Origin: Candidatus Latescibacterota bacterium
Lineage (GTDB): Bacteria > Latescibacterota > UBA2968 > GCA-2709665
Reading direction: 5' to 3'
DNA length: 64,000 bases
Assembly (NCBI GenBank): GCA_965219995.1
Contig: CBDCOX010000002.1
Span: forward strand, 1 to 64,000
Positions 27,261-36,582 of this stretch are shown one piece after another (positions within the stretch are counted from its first letter, which is position 1; each line of letters begins with the position of its first letter). A program made the position numbers and the translations under genes. A model generated the notes under the pieces. The model did no database searches, was not told the DNA's origin, and worked only from the letters and a program-made list of their open reading frames with translations.

Positions 27261-28493
27261 ATGATTATTCGAGACCCGATCCACGGCGATATCCGCTTCA
27301 ATGACGTGGAGCGCCGCCTGATGGATACCCCTCAATTCCAGCGCTTGCGGGGGGTCCGGCAGACCGGGACGGCCCATCTCGTGTATCCGGGCTGCACGCA
27401 TACCCGGTTCGAGCACTCGCTGGGAACGGCGGCGATGGCCAGGCGCATCATCGGTGTTCTCAGAGAATCCGGTGTCGGTGTGAGCCCGGAGGAGGAGACC
27501 ACGGTCGTACTGGCCGCCCTGGTCCACGACGTGGGTCATTTCCCGTTCGGCCATACGTTCGAAGACGAGCGCAAGCTGTTTCCCCGCCACGATACCGCGG
27601 AACGGATGCGACACGCGCTTTCCAGGGACGAACTGGCCGGCGCTCTCGACGCGTCCGGGCAGCGAGAACAGGTGGTCGCGCTCCTGACCGAGCGCGGTTT
27701 CGATCCGCCCTGGATGCGTCAGATCGTGACCAGCACCGTCGATGCCGACCTGCTCGATTACCTTCGCCGCGACGCGTATTTTGCCGGACTGAAACACGAC
27801 TATGACGACCGCATCCTGAGCACCTTCACCGTTGCGGACGGAAAACTGGCCATAAACCTGGAGAAGCTCAGCACGCGGACGGAACTGCTCCATCTTCTTC
27901 GCCTGCGCTATTTTCTCACCGAACGCGTCTATTTTCACCATGCGAAAGTCGCTTCCGGCGCCATGATCGCAAAGGCCATGGAACTGGCGGTTCAGCAGGG
28001 ACTGCGACAGGAGGATATCTACCATCTCACGGATGGCGCGCTTCTGCGGTCGCTCACCGCAAGAAAGGACGAGCGCATCGATCGCCTCGTCCGGGGTGTG
28101 GTCTACCGCAATCTGCTGAAGCGCGCGTACGTGCTGTCCACCGGCGAAATCGGAAGGCGCGCGCGCGACGAGTTGATTGCCACGTACACGCGGTCCGTCG
28201 AATCGAGGCAGCGGGTGGAACGCGAAATCGCCGACGCGATCGTGGTCGAACCCGACCAGGTTATCCTGTACTGCCCGGATATATCCTCCATCAAGGAGGC
28301 GAGGGTCTTCACGAAGACCAAAACCGGCGTTCGCCGGCTGAACGAACCCCTCGACAGCCCGCCGTTCGACGTGAAGGCGGTGGAGGACCAGTACGAACGC
28401 CTCTGGAAGCTGTACGTCTTTGTCCCGGACGGCTATCAGGACCGCGCCGGCAAGGTCTGCGAACGCCTGTTCGGGGAGAAGAACGCGGTTTGA
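27261..28493 (+). CDS. HD-domain phosphohydrolase (SAMHD1-like dNTP triphosphohydrolase family)
   Basis: RDPIHG, FQRLR..RQ, HTRFEHSLG, HDVGHFPFGH, DADLLDYLRRD, VYFHH. Confidence 0.9.
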   Translation: MIIRDPIHGDIRFNDVERRLMDTPQFQRLRGVRQTGTAHLVYPGCTHTRFEHSLGTAAMARRIIGVLRESGVGVSPEEETTVVLAALVHDVGHFPFGHTFEDERKLFPRHDTAERMRHALSRDELAGALDASGQREQVVALLTERGFDPPWMRQIVTSTVDADLLDYLRRDAYFAGLKHDYDDRILSTFTVADGKLAINLEKLSTRTELLHLLRLRYFLTERVYFHHAKVASGAMIAKAMELAVQQGLRQEDIYHLTDGALLRSLTARKDERIDRLVRGVVYRNLLKRAYVLSTGEIGRRARDELIATYTRSVESRQRVEREIADAIVVEPDQVILYCPDISSIKEARVFTKTKTGVRRLNEPLDSPPFDVKAVEDQYERLWKLYVFVPDGYQDRAGKVCERLFGEKNAV

Positions 28494-28514
28494 CCGTCCG
28501 TCGAACAATCCGGT

Positions 28515-29057
28515 TTATGCGCGATCCCCACGCTGACCGGGATGTCTCACCTCGTGGAAGAGAGGAAGTTCGTCTCTCAGCTTTGCCTCGAGGCGTTTGT
28601 GGCACGACGCGCAGACCGAGACCAGATTGTCCAGGCGGTTGGCCGCGACCGTCGAAGCGAACAGACGTACGGGCGTCGCGTGGTGGACGTCCAGTTGCCT
28701 GCCCAGCGATGCTTCGGTAACCCCGCAATTCCTGCAGCGGAAGCCGTCCCGTTCTCTTGCCCGCGCGGACTGCACTTTCCAGTTTCCGCCCCTGTATTCC
28801 GGTCGTCCCTTTAAGACCAGACGCTTCCCTTCTTTCGGAAGTACTGACGTCCACGCATCCAGACAGGCTTTGCCGCAGAAGTGGAGACGGAACTTCCGTC
28901 TGGCGATCCAGACCGGAATACGATTCGGCTTCCCGCAGTGTTCACACCGGACGGTCTCCGCCTGAGCGTCGGGCGTACGTGTCGAGACTGAAAAACGCAG
29001 TTGCAGCTGACCCGAAAAAACCGGACCGCCGCTTCCCATGGGCGCGTGCCCGGGCAT
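28515..29057 (-). CDS. HNH endonuclease with N-terminal zinc finger
   Basis: CEHC...FCGKAC, then RDGFRCRNCG, LDVHH, NLVSVCASCH. Confidence 0.85.
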   Translation of the reverse strand: MPGHAPMGSGGPVFSGQLQLRFSVSTRTPDAQAETVRCEHCGKPNRIPVWIARRKFRLHFCGKACLDAWTSVLPKEGKRLVLKGRPEYRGGNWKVQSARARERDGFRCRNCGVTEASLGRQLDVHHATPVRLFASTVAANRLDNLVSVCASCHKRLEAKLRDELPLFHEVRHPGQRGDRA

Positions 29058-29296
29058 GAATCGCCCCTGTCAGAATTCGATCCTGCATATGTGTCGCCAA
29101 CTAATGATCTTTCTAACATGTTGAGTATAGGCGTGTTACACGAATAAGTCAACTTCGGCTGCGGCAATTGGTCGTCGGCGCCCGCGGGGGCCGCTCCACA
29201 ATGGGTCCCGCGGGCTTTGCACCGGTCCGATCGTCGAATTCAAATGCCGAACCCGACGCTTGCGCCATCACCCCTGCCATGGAGAAATCGACGCCA

Positions 29297-30889
29297 ATGA
29301 GCCGAACGCCGACTCGGGGAAGGGACACGTGGCTTCCCAGGGGAAGCCGGAGACTGATCCACACGAGCGACATGGGCTCGCATTTCGGCCGGGGGACCTT
29401 CCTTTTCGGCGATCCGGCCGAACCGGATCATCTTCGTAAGTGGATCCGCAACGTGGCTTCCGGAGGCGCGGACACCTATGTTCCCGAAGTGTACTTCGAC
29501 GGCCTGATCGGATATTATCGCAGCAGTTTATGCCCGAACTGGAAATCGCCTGCGTTCGCCAGATTCGACACGATGATGGACGACGGCGTCATGCCTTTGA
29601 CCGTATTCGCGGACGAAGCGCGCAACCAGGGCATTGAACTGCTCGCGGGCTTCCGGATGAACGATCGCCACGGAGTCAACAAGCCCTTTTTCGAAGCCCA
29701 TCCCGACTGGATCCTGAAGGACCTCGGACACGGGGTGGATTACTCGCTTCCCGACGTGCGAGACTGGATTTTCTCGATTATACAGGAGGTAGGCGAGCGA
29801 TTTGACGTGGACGGAATCGAACTTAATTTTGTCCGGCACGGGTACTGTTTTCCGCCCTCTGTAGCCCGCGACATGCATCTCGTGATGACTGAGTTCATGC
29901 AGCGCCTGAGGGCGATGCTCGACAGGGCCGGAGACGAACGAAGCCAGCGTCTCCTTCTGGGTGTGAGGGTACCCACGACTCTGGAAGAATGCCGGCACTT
30001 CGGCTTCGACGTGCCCCTGTGGGTCGAGGAAGGGGTGGTCGACTACGTCGCGCCCACCGACTATCATTACACGAATTTCAACATGAAGGTCGCGCAGTTC
30101 GCCAGAATTGTCCGTGCCAACGACAACTGTTACCTGTATCCCGCCATACAGGCCGACGTACCCGGCAACTGTGCAATCATGACGCTCGACAATTACCGCG
30201 CCGCCGTAAATAACTTCTACGAGTCAGGCGCCGACGGTATTTCCACGCACAATTACGATGTGTATATGTGGGGGCAACTCCGCAGCCGGAACTATCCCGG
30301 TCCCGCGGATATGTACCCGAGGGCCCTGGGTTACTTCAACACCCTCAAGAACCCCGATGCTGTCGCCGGCGGCGACAGACACTATCTCTTCCTACCGCTT
30401 TGGGCCCGCGAACTTCACCCGAGGGGCTATCGCAACATCGTGATTCCCCATCATCGCGCAACCGTGAGCGGTTCCCGTCCGGGCGCTGAGATCTCGTTCC
30501 GGGTCTGCGAGCAGCTGCCGGAAAGAGCCGATCTGCCGGTGGACGAACGCGGTGTGTACACCGGCAGGTTCAACCGGGCGGGCATGCCTCCGGGCGCCTG
30601 GCTGATCTTCAGAGCCACGGGTAAGTGGCCGGAAGATGAGATTGACGTAACGCTGAACGGCCGGGAGATTCCGGCCGGCGAGATGCGGTCCATCTGGCAT
30701 CCGCAAGGTCGACCGGCATGGGAGGGGAGGCCGCTGGCGCCATTCACCGAGTTCCGCGTCAATCTGACGTCTCCGCCGGGAGTCTATGGAGACAATACGC
30801 TGGGGATCCGGCTGGTCGCGAAGAACCGCGGCAAATCCGGTGAAATTACCGTTGACGAAATCGAGGTCGTCGTCAACGTGGTGGACTGA
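29297..30889 (+). CDS. Glycoside hydrolase-like 10 (GHL10/DUF187-type) TIM-barrel protein
   Basis: GFRMND.H, HPDW, DYSLPDVRD, DVDGIELNF, GADGI motifs. GGAG RBS before ATG 29297. Confidence 0.75.
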   Translation: MSRTPTRGRDTWLPRGSRRLIHTSDMGSHFGRGTFLFGDPAEPDHLRKWIRNVASGGADTYVPEVYFDGLIGYYRSSLCPNWKSPAFARFDTMMDDGVMPLTVFADEARNQGIELLAGFRMNDRHGVNKPFFEAHPDWILKDLGHGVDYSLPDVRDWIFSIIQEVGERFDVDGIELNFVRHGYCFPPSVARDMHLVMTEFMQRLRAMLDRAGDERSQRLLLGVRVPTTLEECRHFGFDVPLWVEEGVVDYVAPTDYHYTNFNMKVAQFARIVRANDNCYLYPAIQADVPGNCAIMTLDNYRAAVNNFYESGADGISTHNYDVYMWGQLRSRNYPGPADMYPRALGYFNTLKNPDAVAGGDRHYLFLPLWARELHPRGYRNIVIPHHRATVSGSRPGAEISFRVCEQLPERADLPVDERGVYTGRFNRAGMPPGAWLIFRATGKWPEDEIDVTLNGREIPAGEMRSIWHPQGRPAWEGRPLAPFTEFRVNLTSPPGVYGDNTLGIRLVAKNRGKSGEITVDEIEVVVNVVD

Positions 30890-30936
30890 CCCGCCGGCGA
30901 CCGGGTCTTGCCGGATATAATATCAGGAGACATCTC

Positions 30937-32124
30937 GTGTCCGCACCGGATATTTACACGGAAACCCGAATCTCCATGCTTACGCCGGACCTCAGACAGA
31001 GGGTAAGGGACAACCTGGTCACGTCGCAGTTCCGGAAGGCCGGTTGCACCCGGCCAGACGGAAAGGAATGGCCGGCCTGGTTCGACCAGGCGCCAGTCCG
31101 TCGCGTCCGGGTGGCGACAGGTTCAAGGGCATTCGGCACCTACAATCATCAGGCCGGGATCTGCAGATGGCGGGGGGCCTACTGGTACGTGTTTTCGAAC
31201 GGCGCCGTCGACGAAGAGGCGCCAGGCCAGCAGACGCTTATTGCACGCAGCGAGGATCTGTCCGGCTGGTCGCGACCAACCTGCGTGGCGCCGGGCGACG
31301 TCTCCGGCAGGATGTGGCGTAATACCGGCGGAATCATGGGCTGCGAAGACCGCCTCATCGCGTTCGTGCAGACGAAGACGGGGGGCGGGGCGGCCCGCAG
31401 ACCCGGAATGAGCGCCGGCGACGAGACGAGAATCACCTGTAGCGTCGGTCTCTGTATCTCCACGGACGGCCAGCGCTGGACGGAGCGGGACGTCGCCGAG
31501 GACTGTTACTGGTTTGAAGCGCCTCGATTGACGCGGGAAGGCAGGCTTCTCTGCGCGGGGTCTCGGCGGGGAGTTCCAATTGTCTTTCTGTGGCCAGGTG
31601 AATGCCCGCTGGAGCAGCCGGAGATTGTCGAGATTCCCCACGACGGCTCTCGAGGGATGGATTCCGGGAGGTTTCCCTACGGCGAAGCGTCGTGGTATCA
31701 GACGGACGATGGCACGATATTCCTGTTTCACCGGAACGAGACCGACGAAATGCGGCTGCGCGTGGCCCTGAGCATGGATGGCGGCAGGAGTTGGACCCCG
31801 CCCATGCTCTCGAATATTCCCGACTCGAAGTCGCGCGTCTGCGCCGGCCGCCTGGCGGACGGGCGTTACTTTCTCATTAACAACGCCATCGCCGACCTGT
31901 TGAACCGGGTGCCGCTGATGATTTCCATTTCGACCGACGGCGTGAAATTCGAGCGGCAGTACTTTCTGATCAACGAACCCGCCGCCATCGCGTTTCCGGG
32001 CGCGCTGAAGGCGCACGGCCACCAGTATCCCTGCGCGCTTGTCGAGGAGGACCGGCTGATCGTGGCCTACTCGGTCAACAAAGAGCACATGGAACTGCTC
32101 ACGGTGGATCCTGGAGAATTGTAA
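30937..32124 (+). CDS. Sialidase-like BNR/Asp-box beta-propeller protein
   Basis: Asp-boxes STDGQRW, SMDGGRSW, STDGVKF; R.PL and QYP motifs. Confidence 0.8.
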   Translation: MSAPDIYTETRISMLTPDLRQRVRDNLVTSQFRKAGCTRPDGKEWPAWFDQAPVRRVRVATGSRAFGTYNHQAGICRWRGAYWYVFSNGAVDEEAPGQQTLIARSEDLSGWSRPTCVAPGDVSGRMWRNTGGIMGCEDRLIAFVQTKTGGGAARRPGMSAGDETRITCSVGLCISTDGQRWTERDVAEDCYWFEAPRLTREGRLLCAGSRRGVPIVFLWPGECPLEQPEIVEIPHDGSRGMDSGRFPYGEASWYQTDDGTIFLFHRNETDEMRLRVALSMDGGRSWTPPMLSNIPDSKSRVCAGRLADGRYFLINNAIADLLNRVPLMISISTDGVKFERQYFLINEPAAIAFPGALKAHGHQYPCALVEEDRLIVAYSVNKEHMELLTVDPGEL

Positions 32125-32138
32125 GGCAGCCGCATCGG

Positions 32139-32480
32139 TCAATCGGACAGCCGGAACCGGATGGGCATCGTCATCTTTACTGCGACGGGCCGGTCGTTCT
32201 GCACGGCCGGCTCGAATAGGAATTGCGAAACCGCCTCGACCGCCGCTTTCCTGAAGATATCCGGACCCCGCAGCACCCGCACGTCTCTGACGCTTCCTTC
32301 GGCGCCAACCGTGAACGCGACGAAAACGTCTCCTTCCAGCCCCGCCCTCATCGCAACCTCCGGGTAGGCCGACGTCATGCTGCGTGTCAGCACGGGTCTC
32401 CGCTCAACGTGCCAGAATTCCAGGACTTCCTCCTCGATGGGCGCCGTCTCACGGCGCGCGGGCGGGACTTGCCCTCCCGG
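32139..32480 (-). pseudogene. TonB C-terminal domain, 5'-truncated
   Basis: YPEVAMRAGLEGDVFVAFTV...FEPAVQNDRPV...PIRF is intact, but there is no TM anchor. The upstream frame runs into the repeat at 32500-32840. Confidence 0.65.
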
Positions 32481-32499
32481 ACGTTGTAAAGCATCAAGA

Positions 32500-32840
32500 A
32501 CAGCTGTTAGCCGTCGGATTGAAGCAAAAGCGAGAATCAAAAATCAAATTCAAAACCCCCTTTTCCCCAAATTCCCTGCCTCCGGCGGGTTCCTTTTGAA
32601 GCGACCAAAAGGAACCAAAAGTCGCCGCTGGGCGCGGGGCCTGCCACAGGCACAGCGCGAACACCCTCACAGGATGCACAGAACCTGCTGCCCTGACACC
32701 CGAGGAGCCACATCGATTCGCGTTGCTGGACGGAATCGCGCGCTCTGCTCTGGTAGCCCTCTTGAAAGGCTATCCATACGTGTATTCATTCGTCTTCTGT
32801 GAGGGAGGAGCAGACTGCTGTCAACGAATGGCTTTCAGCC
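32500..32840. repeat. Dispersed intergenic element, copy 2
   Basis: Colinear with 21665-22135. Contains hairpin GGTTCCTTTTG-AAGCGAC-CAAAAGGAACC (32588-32617). Confidence 0.85.
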
Positions 32841-32973
32841 ACAAACGAACTCACGTCACCGCTGTCAAGTGGTATGCCCAGAGAGGAATTCACATTGCAT
32901 TTAGAATTAATTATTTAATATTTAAAGCCAAAACAACAAAGCTTGACAATCTGTTACCAGACGGCCTGGCGGA

Positions 32974-35121
32974 TCAGCGACGCGCGGCCGCGGCGAGCCG
33001 GTCTTCGTGGAACGGCCCCGTCTCAAACGTCCTCGCAACGACGTCCAGCTGGCGCAGGTAGGGTTCCTTCCTTCGATTCGGGCCGTAAACCCCGATATCC
33101 AGAAAGTATAGCCTGTCCTTCTCCGCGTCTACCAGAACGTAGCTTCTGAAGGGTCCGCCTTTCCAGTTACGATTGTTCTGCCAAATGCCTTCCAGGTACA
33201 CCGCCAGCCGGCTCCCCAACTCCCGCTGATTCACCTTCAGGCCTGTCCGGTCGACGACGTCGTTCTCAAAGAAACGGGCGGCAATCTCGTTCCGCTTCCG
33301 GATGCACCACGCCTCCGTCAGCCGGTCCGGAGGCACGCCTTCCTCGCGGTAGACAAACAACCACTGTGTCACGCGCGCGTGGGTTCGGGTGAACACGACA
33401 AACCCGCTATCGGCATGGGTATCGATCAGATTGAACCCGAAGGGTATTCGCAACCGCCATCCGAACCGGCCCGCCAGTTCCGATGCGAGCGCTTCTCTCT
33501 CGCCAAAACGGAAGAGGTTCCCGGCGACCCGTTCATCGCGCTTCCCGTCGATAGCGCTGAAAATCCGATCGGCCTCCGTCATCATATTGGCTCTCAGCGC
33601 ATCGCGGTCTTCACCCGTAACCAGAACCACAACCTGGTCGTCAGCCCAGACGTCCCGCCGGATGACGAAAGGCGCTGTTCCGTTCCGCATGGCATCTCTG
33701 TGCGCCTGAGGCACGAGGGAGCGCACCAGCCCGGCCGCTTCGTGGACACCGTCCAGCGGCGCCGCGATCACGATATTCTTGCGTCGCAGTTTTTTGAATT
33801 CTTCGGGACGAACGAACAGGACATGATAGAGACGCTCCTTTCTTGGCGTCAGGATTTCCCTCTCCATAACCTCCAGGAACGGTTTCTGAAACGTCCGGGC
33901 GTCCATGGAATCCGCAATGACCGTGACCAGATCGACCCGTCCGGAACCGGGAGGCAGTCTATCCAGCCGCAGATACGCAAGCAGCCGGTCCCTGAACGCC
34001 GCCAGCTTCACGAACGCTTCGGAACGGCCCGGAACCTCGACCACGGGGCCCACGCGTCCGCACTGCACCAGCACCGCCAGAATCAAGCCCGAAGCCAGCA
34101 ACAGACCTGAGCGGGATAGGCGATGTTCGGCGCCGCGTCTGCCGTTCAGCAACCGTGTGACCCGACGAACGACGTGCTTCCGGTCTCCTCCTGCGCCGAA
34201 GCCCATCGTCGAACCGAGCGGCGACGCCATCATCTCCGTCAGGCGCGTCAGGCAGGCCGCATAACTTCTGGCTCCTCCTTTAATGCCCACCACCACGTCG
34301 TCACAAGCGACCTCCCGATCCAGGTCCATCTGTCGAGCAATCCACCAAACGGCCGGATGGAAGAACAGAACACACCCCGCCACCGCCTGAAAGAGTCTGG
34401 TCCAGTCGTCAAGACGGTGCAGGTGCGCCAGTTCATGCAGGACCACCTGATCGAATTCCGCCTCCGTCAGGCGCTCCAGCGTGGACTCGGGGATCAGAAT
34501 CACGGGTCTGAGGAGACCCGTCGCCGCGGGAGACTGCACGTGTGCCGAACTGCACAGGCGCACCCATCGCCGGGACTCGCAGGAGCGGATCAGGCGGCGT
34601 AATCTGTCCTGATATCGGGCGGGAAGGGGCTCTGCGCTCCGCTTGAGGCGCCGGAGGAGACGGAACCCCCGAACGAGTCTGGCCGAGAATGCCAACGCGA
34701 CCAGCACCCAGACCGCGAAGACGACCGGTGGCCACCACGCGGGAGGTTCCGGCGCAAACGCCAGCCCCGAGCGATCCCTGTGGGTCGGTCGATCAGCGCC
34801 TGGCGACGATTCAGAGGCGGCTACATCGATCGGCCTGCGCGAGCCGGGTTTTCCGTGAACGTCCGTTTCCGCAGCCTGAAACCACATCCGTGCGGCGGCC
34901 GCACGATCGGGCGGGCTCCAGACCCCGGACCAGGTCAGCCCGAATACCACGATCAGCGTGGCCGTCCAGATAACGTACCGGGTCCGGGCGTTCAGCCACC
35001 GGGCCAGGTTCAGCAGGCACGCGACCGCAAGCGTGATGGCCAGGCCCTTCCAGAGACCATCGAGCATGGAGGACACCGTCACGCGGGATACGGCGTCGAA
35101 AACCTCATAGGCCGCCAACAT
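32974..35121 (-). CDS. BlaR1/M56 family membrane metallopeptidase with DUF4837-like C-terminal extracytoplasmic domain
   Basis: RYVIW, TM helices, HELAH, FFHPAVW, REVACD. The C-terminus GIWQ...GGPFRSY...VYGPNRRK..YLRQL resembles DUF4837. Confidence 0.88.
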   Translation of the reverse strand: MLAAYEVFDAVSRVTVSSMLDGLWKGLAITLAVACLLNLARWLNARTRYVIWTATLIVVFGLTWSGVWSPPDRAAAARMWFQAAETDVHGKPGSRRPIDVAASESSPGADRPTHRDRSGLAFAPEPPAWWPPVVFAVWVLVALAFSARLVRGFRLLRRLKRSAEPLPARYQDRLRRLIRSCESRRWVRLCSSAHVQSPAATGLLRPVILIPESTLERLTEAEFDQVVLHELAHLHRLDDWTRLFQAVAGCVLFFHPAVWWIARQMDLDREVACDDVVVGIKGGARSYAACLTRLTEMMASPLGSTMGFGAGGDRKHVVRRVTRLLNGRRGAEHRLSRSGLLLASGLILAVLVQCGRVGPVVEVPGRSEAFVKLAAFRDRLLAYLRLDRLPPGSGRVDLVTVIADSMDARTFQKPFLEVMEREILTPRKERLYHVLFVRPEEFKKLRRKNIVIAAPLDGVHEAAGLVRSLVPQAHRDAMRNGTAPFVIRRDVWADDQVVVLVTGEDRDALRANMMTEADRIFSAIDGKRDERVAGNLFRFGEREALASELAGRFGWRLRIPFGFNLIDTHADSGFVVFTRTHARVTQWLFVYREEGVPPDRLTEAWCIRKRNEIAARFFENDVVDRTGLKVNQRELGSRLAVYLEGIWQNNRNWKGGPFRSYVLVDAEKDRLYFLDIGVYGPNRRKEPYLRQLDVVARTFETGPFHEDRLAAAARR

Positions 35122-35131
35122 TGACAGTTTC

Positions 35132-35509
35132 CTAACTGCTTTCGTCCATCATTCGTTTCAGACGATCGAGAACGTCCCCGTCGACCGCTTCGTTCTCGAC
35201 GATGTTCAGCATCAGCGCTTCGGGCGAATTGTTGAAAAACCGGCTCATCATGTACCGGACGACGCTCTTTCTGGCTTCCTCGCGGCCGACAACCGGCTGG
35301 TAGACATAGGCCCTGCCTTCCTTTTCGTGGGACACGTAGCCCTTCCGTTCGAGAATCCTGAGCGTTGTCAGCACCGTGCTGTAAGCGAGCGGCGCTGTGC
35401 CGGGCAACGCCGCGACAACGTCGTTGACGGTGGCCGTTTCCTTCTTCCACAGCACGTCCATCAGTCTGAGTTCGGCTTCGGTAAGCGTGGGTGACTTGGG
35501 CCTTGCCAT
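35132..35509 (-). CDS. BlaI/MecI/CopY family repressor
   Basis: LTEAELRLMDVLW, LAYSTVLTTLRILERKG, GRAYVY. Directly upstream of the M56 gene. Confidence 0.95.
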   Translation of the reverse strand: MARPKSPTLTEAELRLMDVLWKKETATVNDVVAALPGTAPLAYSTVLTTLRILERKGYVSHEKEGRAYVYQPVVGREEARKSVVRYMMSRFFNNSPEALMLNIVENEAVDGDVLDRLKRMMDESS

Positions 35510-35697
35510 GCGTTGTGCTCCTATAAATGACCATCCGAAATGCACGACATCTTGTTGCGCCGTTCGCCGGTCTCGTCATCGGGAGACGATGATCGGCCCG
35601 TTTCAGTCTGAAAACGGGGGCCCGCGACCGGAACGACTCCGCAGTTCGCGCGGGATGGATCGCGTAACGGCGGGGTGCGATTAATTCCTTAATATAA

Positions 35698-35725
35698 ATT
35701 ATACCGAATTTTAATCGTTTGTCAA
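35698..35725 (-). promoter_or_regulatory. Promoter of the BlaI-M56 operon
   Basis: TTGACA-N16-TATAAT on the minus strand in an AT-rich patch. Confidence 0.75.
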
Positions 35726-35849
35726 TTAAAAAATTAATAATTCGTCCGGGGAACGGCCCGGCCATGGTGTTCCGATCAACGGCAGTCACACCGGTGGCAT
35801 CCATGGAGTCTTGCCGGCCGCGGAATTCTCAATATACTGCGGAATTTTC

Positions 35850-35910
35850 TTGACATCAGCCTCGTGGATGAGTAAATTAAAACGTACGTTTAAATCATAC
35901 GTTTGTTTTA
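35850..35910 (+). promoter_or_regulatory. Promoter and operator of the TetR-RND operon
   Basis: TTGACA-N17-TAAATT, then the perfect palindrome AAACGTACGTTT (35880-35891) and a degenerate second copy (AATCATACGTTTG). Confidence 0.8.
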
Positions 35911-35937
35911 ATCTCTCCATTAAATCCCCGAATCAGC

Positions 35938-36582
35938 ATGAACCAGACTGATACGCACAACCGGTTGCTCGACGCTGCCGAGAATCTGTTTGCGGAACAC
36001 GGAATCGCAGCCACGTCCCTGCGGGCTATCACGTCGGAGGCGACGGCCAACCTGGCGTCAATCCACTATCACTTCGGGTCCAGGGAAGCGCTGGTCGAAG
36101 CCGTCTTCGCCCGGCGGCTCGAACCGCTCAACCGGGAGCGGTGCCGTCTTCTCGACGTGGAAGAAGCCGCCGCCGACGGCTCGCCTCCCGTCGAAGCCAT
36201 CGTTTACGCCTTCGTCGCGCCCGTGATGCGGCTCGCGCACGATCCCGACGGCGGCGGCGAGCATTTCATGTGTCTCATGGGGAGGCTGTACTCGGAACCC
36301 GGAGACCTGGCGTACAGAATCATCCAGCAATTCGAGGAGGTCTTCCTTCGATTTACGTCGGCGCTGTCCCGAAGCCTGCCCCACCTGTCCCGGGCCGATC
36401 TGCTGTGGAGGTTCTTTTTCATGGTCGGCAGCATGAGCATGCCGCTGATGGGCAGGCACATCATCCCGCGCAGGACCGACGGGCTGTGCGATCCGTCCGA
36501 CATCGAGAACAACATCAAACGCCTCGTGGCGTTTCTCTCGGCAGGCCTCCGGGCCGCCGCGCCGAATGGAGACACAACTTGA
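35938..36582 (+). CDS. TetR/AcrR family regulator (PsrA-like)
   Basis: RLLDAAENLFAEHG..ATSLRAIT..A..NLASIHYHFGS. Confidence 0.93.
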   Translation: MNQTDTHNRLLDAAENLFAEHGIAATSLRAITSEATANLASIHYHFGSREALVEAVFARRLEPLNRERCRLLDVEEAAADGSPPVEAIVYAFVAPVMRLAHDPDGGGEHFMCLMGRLYSEPGDLAYRIIQQFEEVFLRFTSALSRSLPHLSRADLLWRFFFMVGSMSMPLMGRHIIPRRTDGLCDPSDIENNIKRLVAFLSAGLRAAAPNGDTT

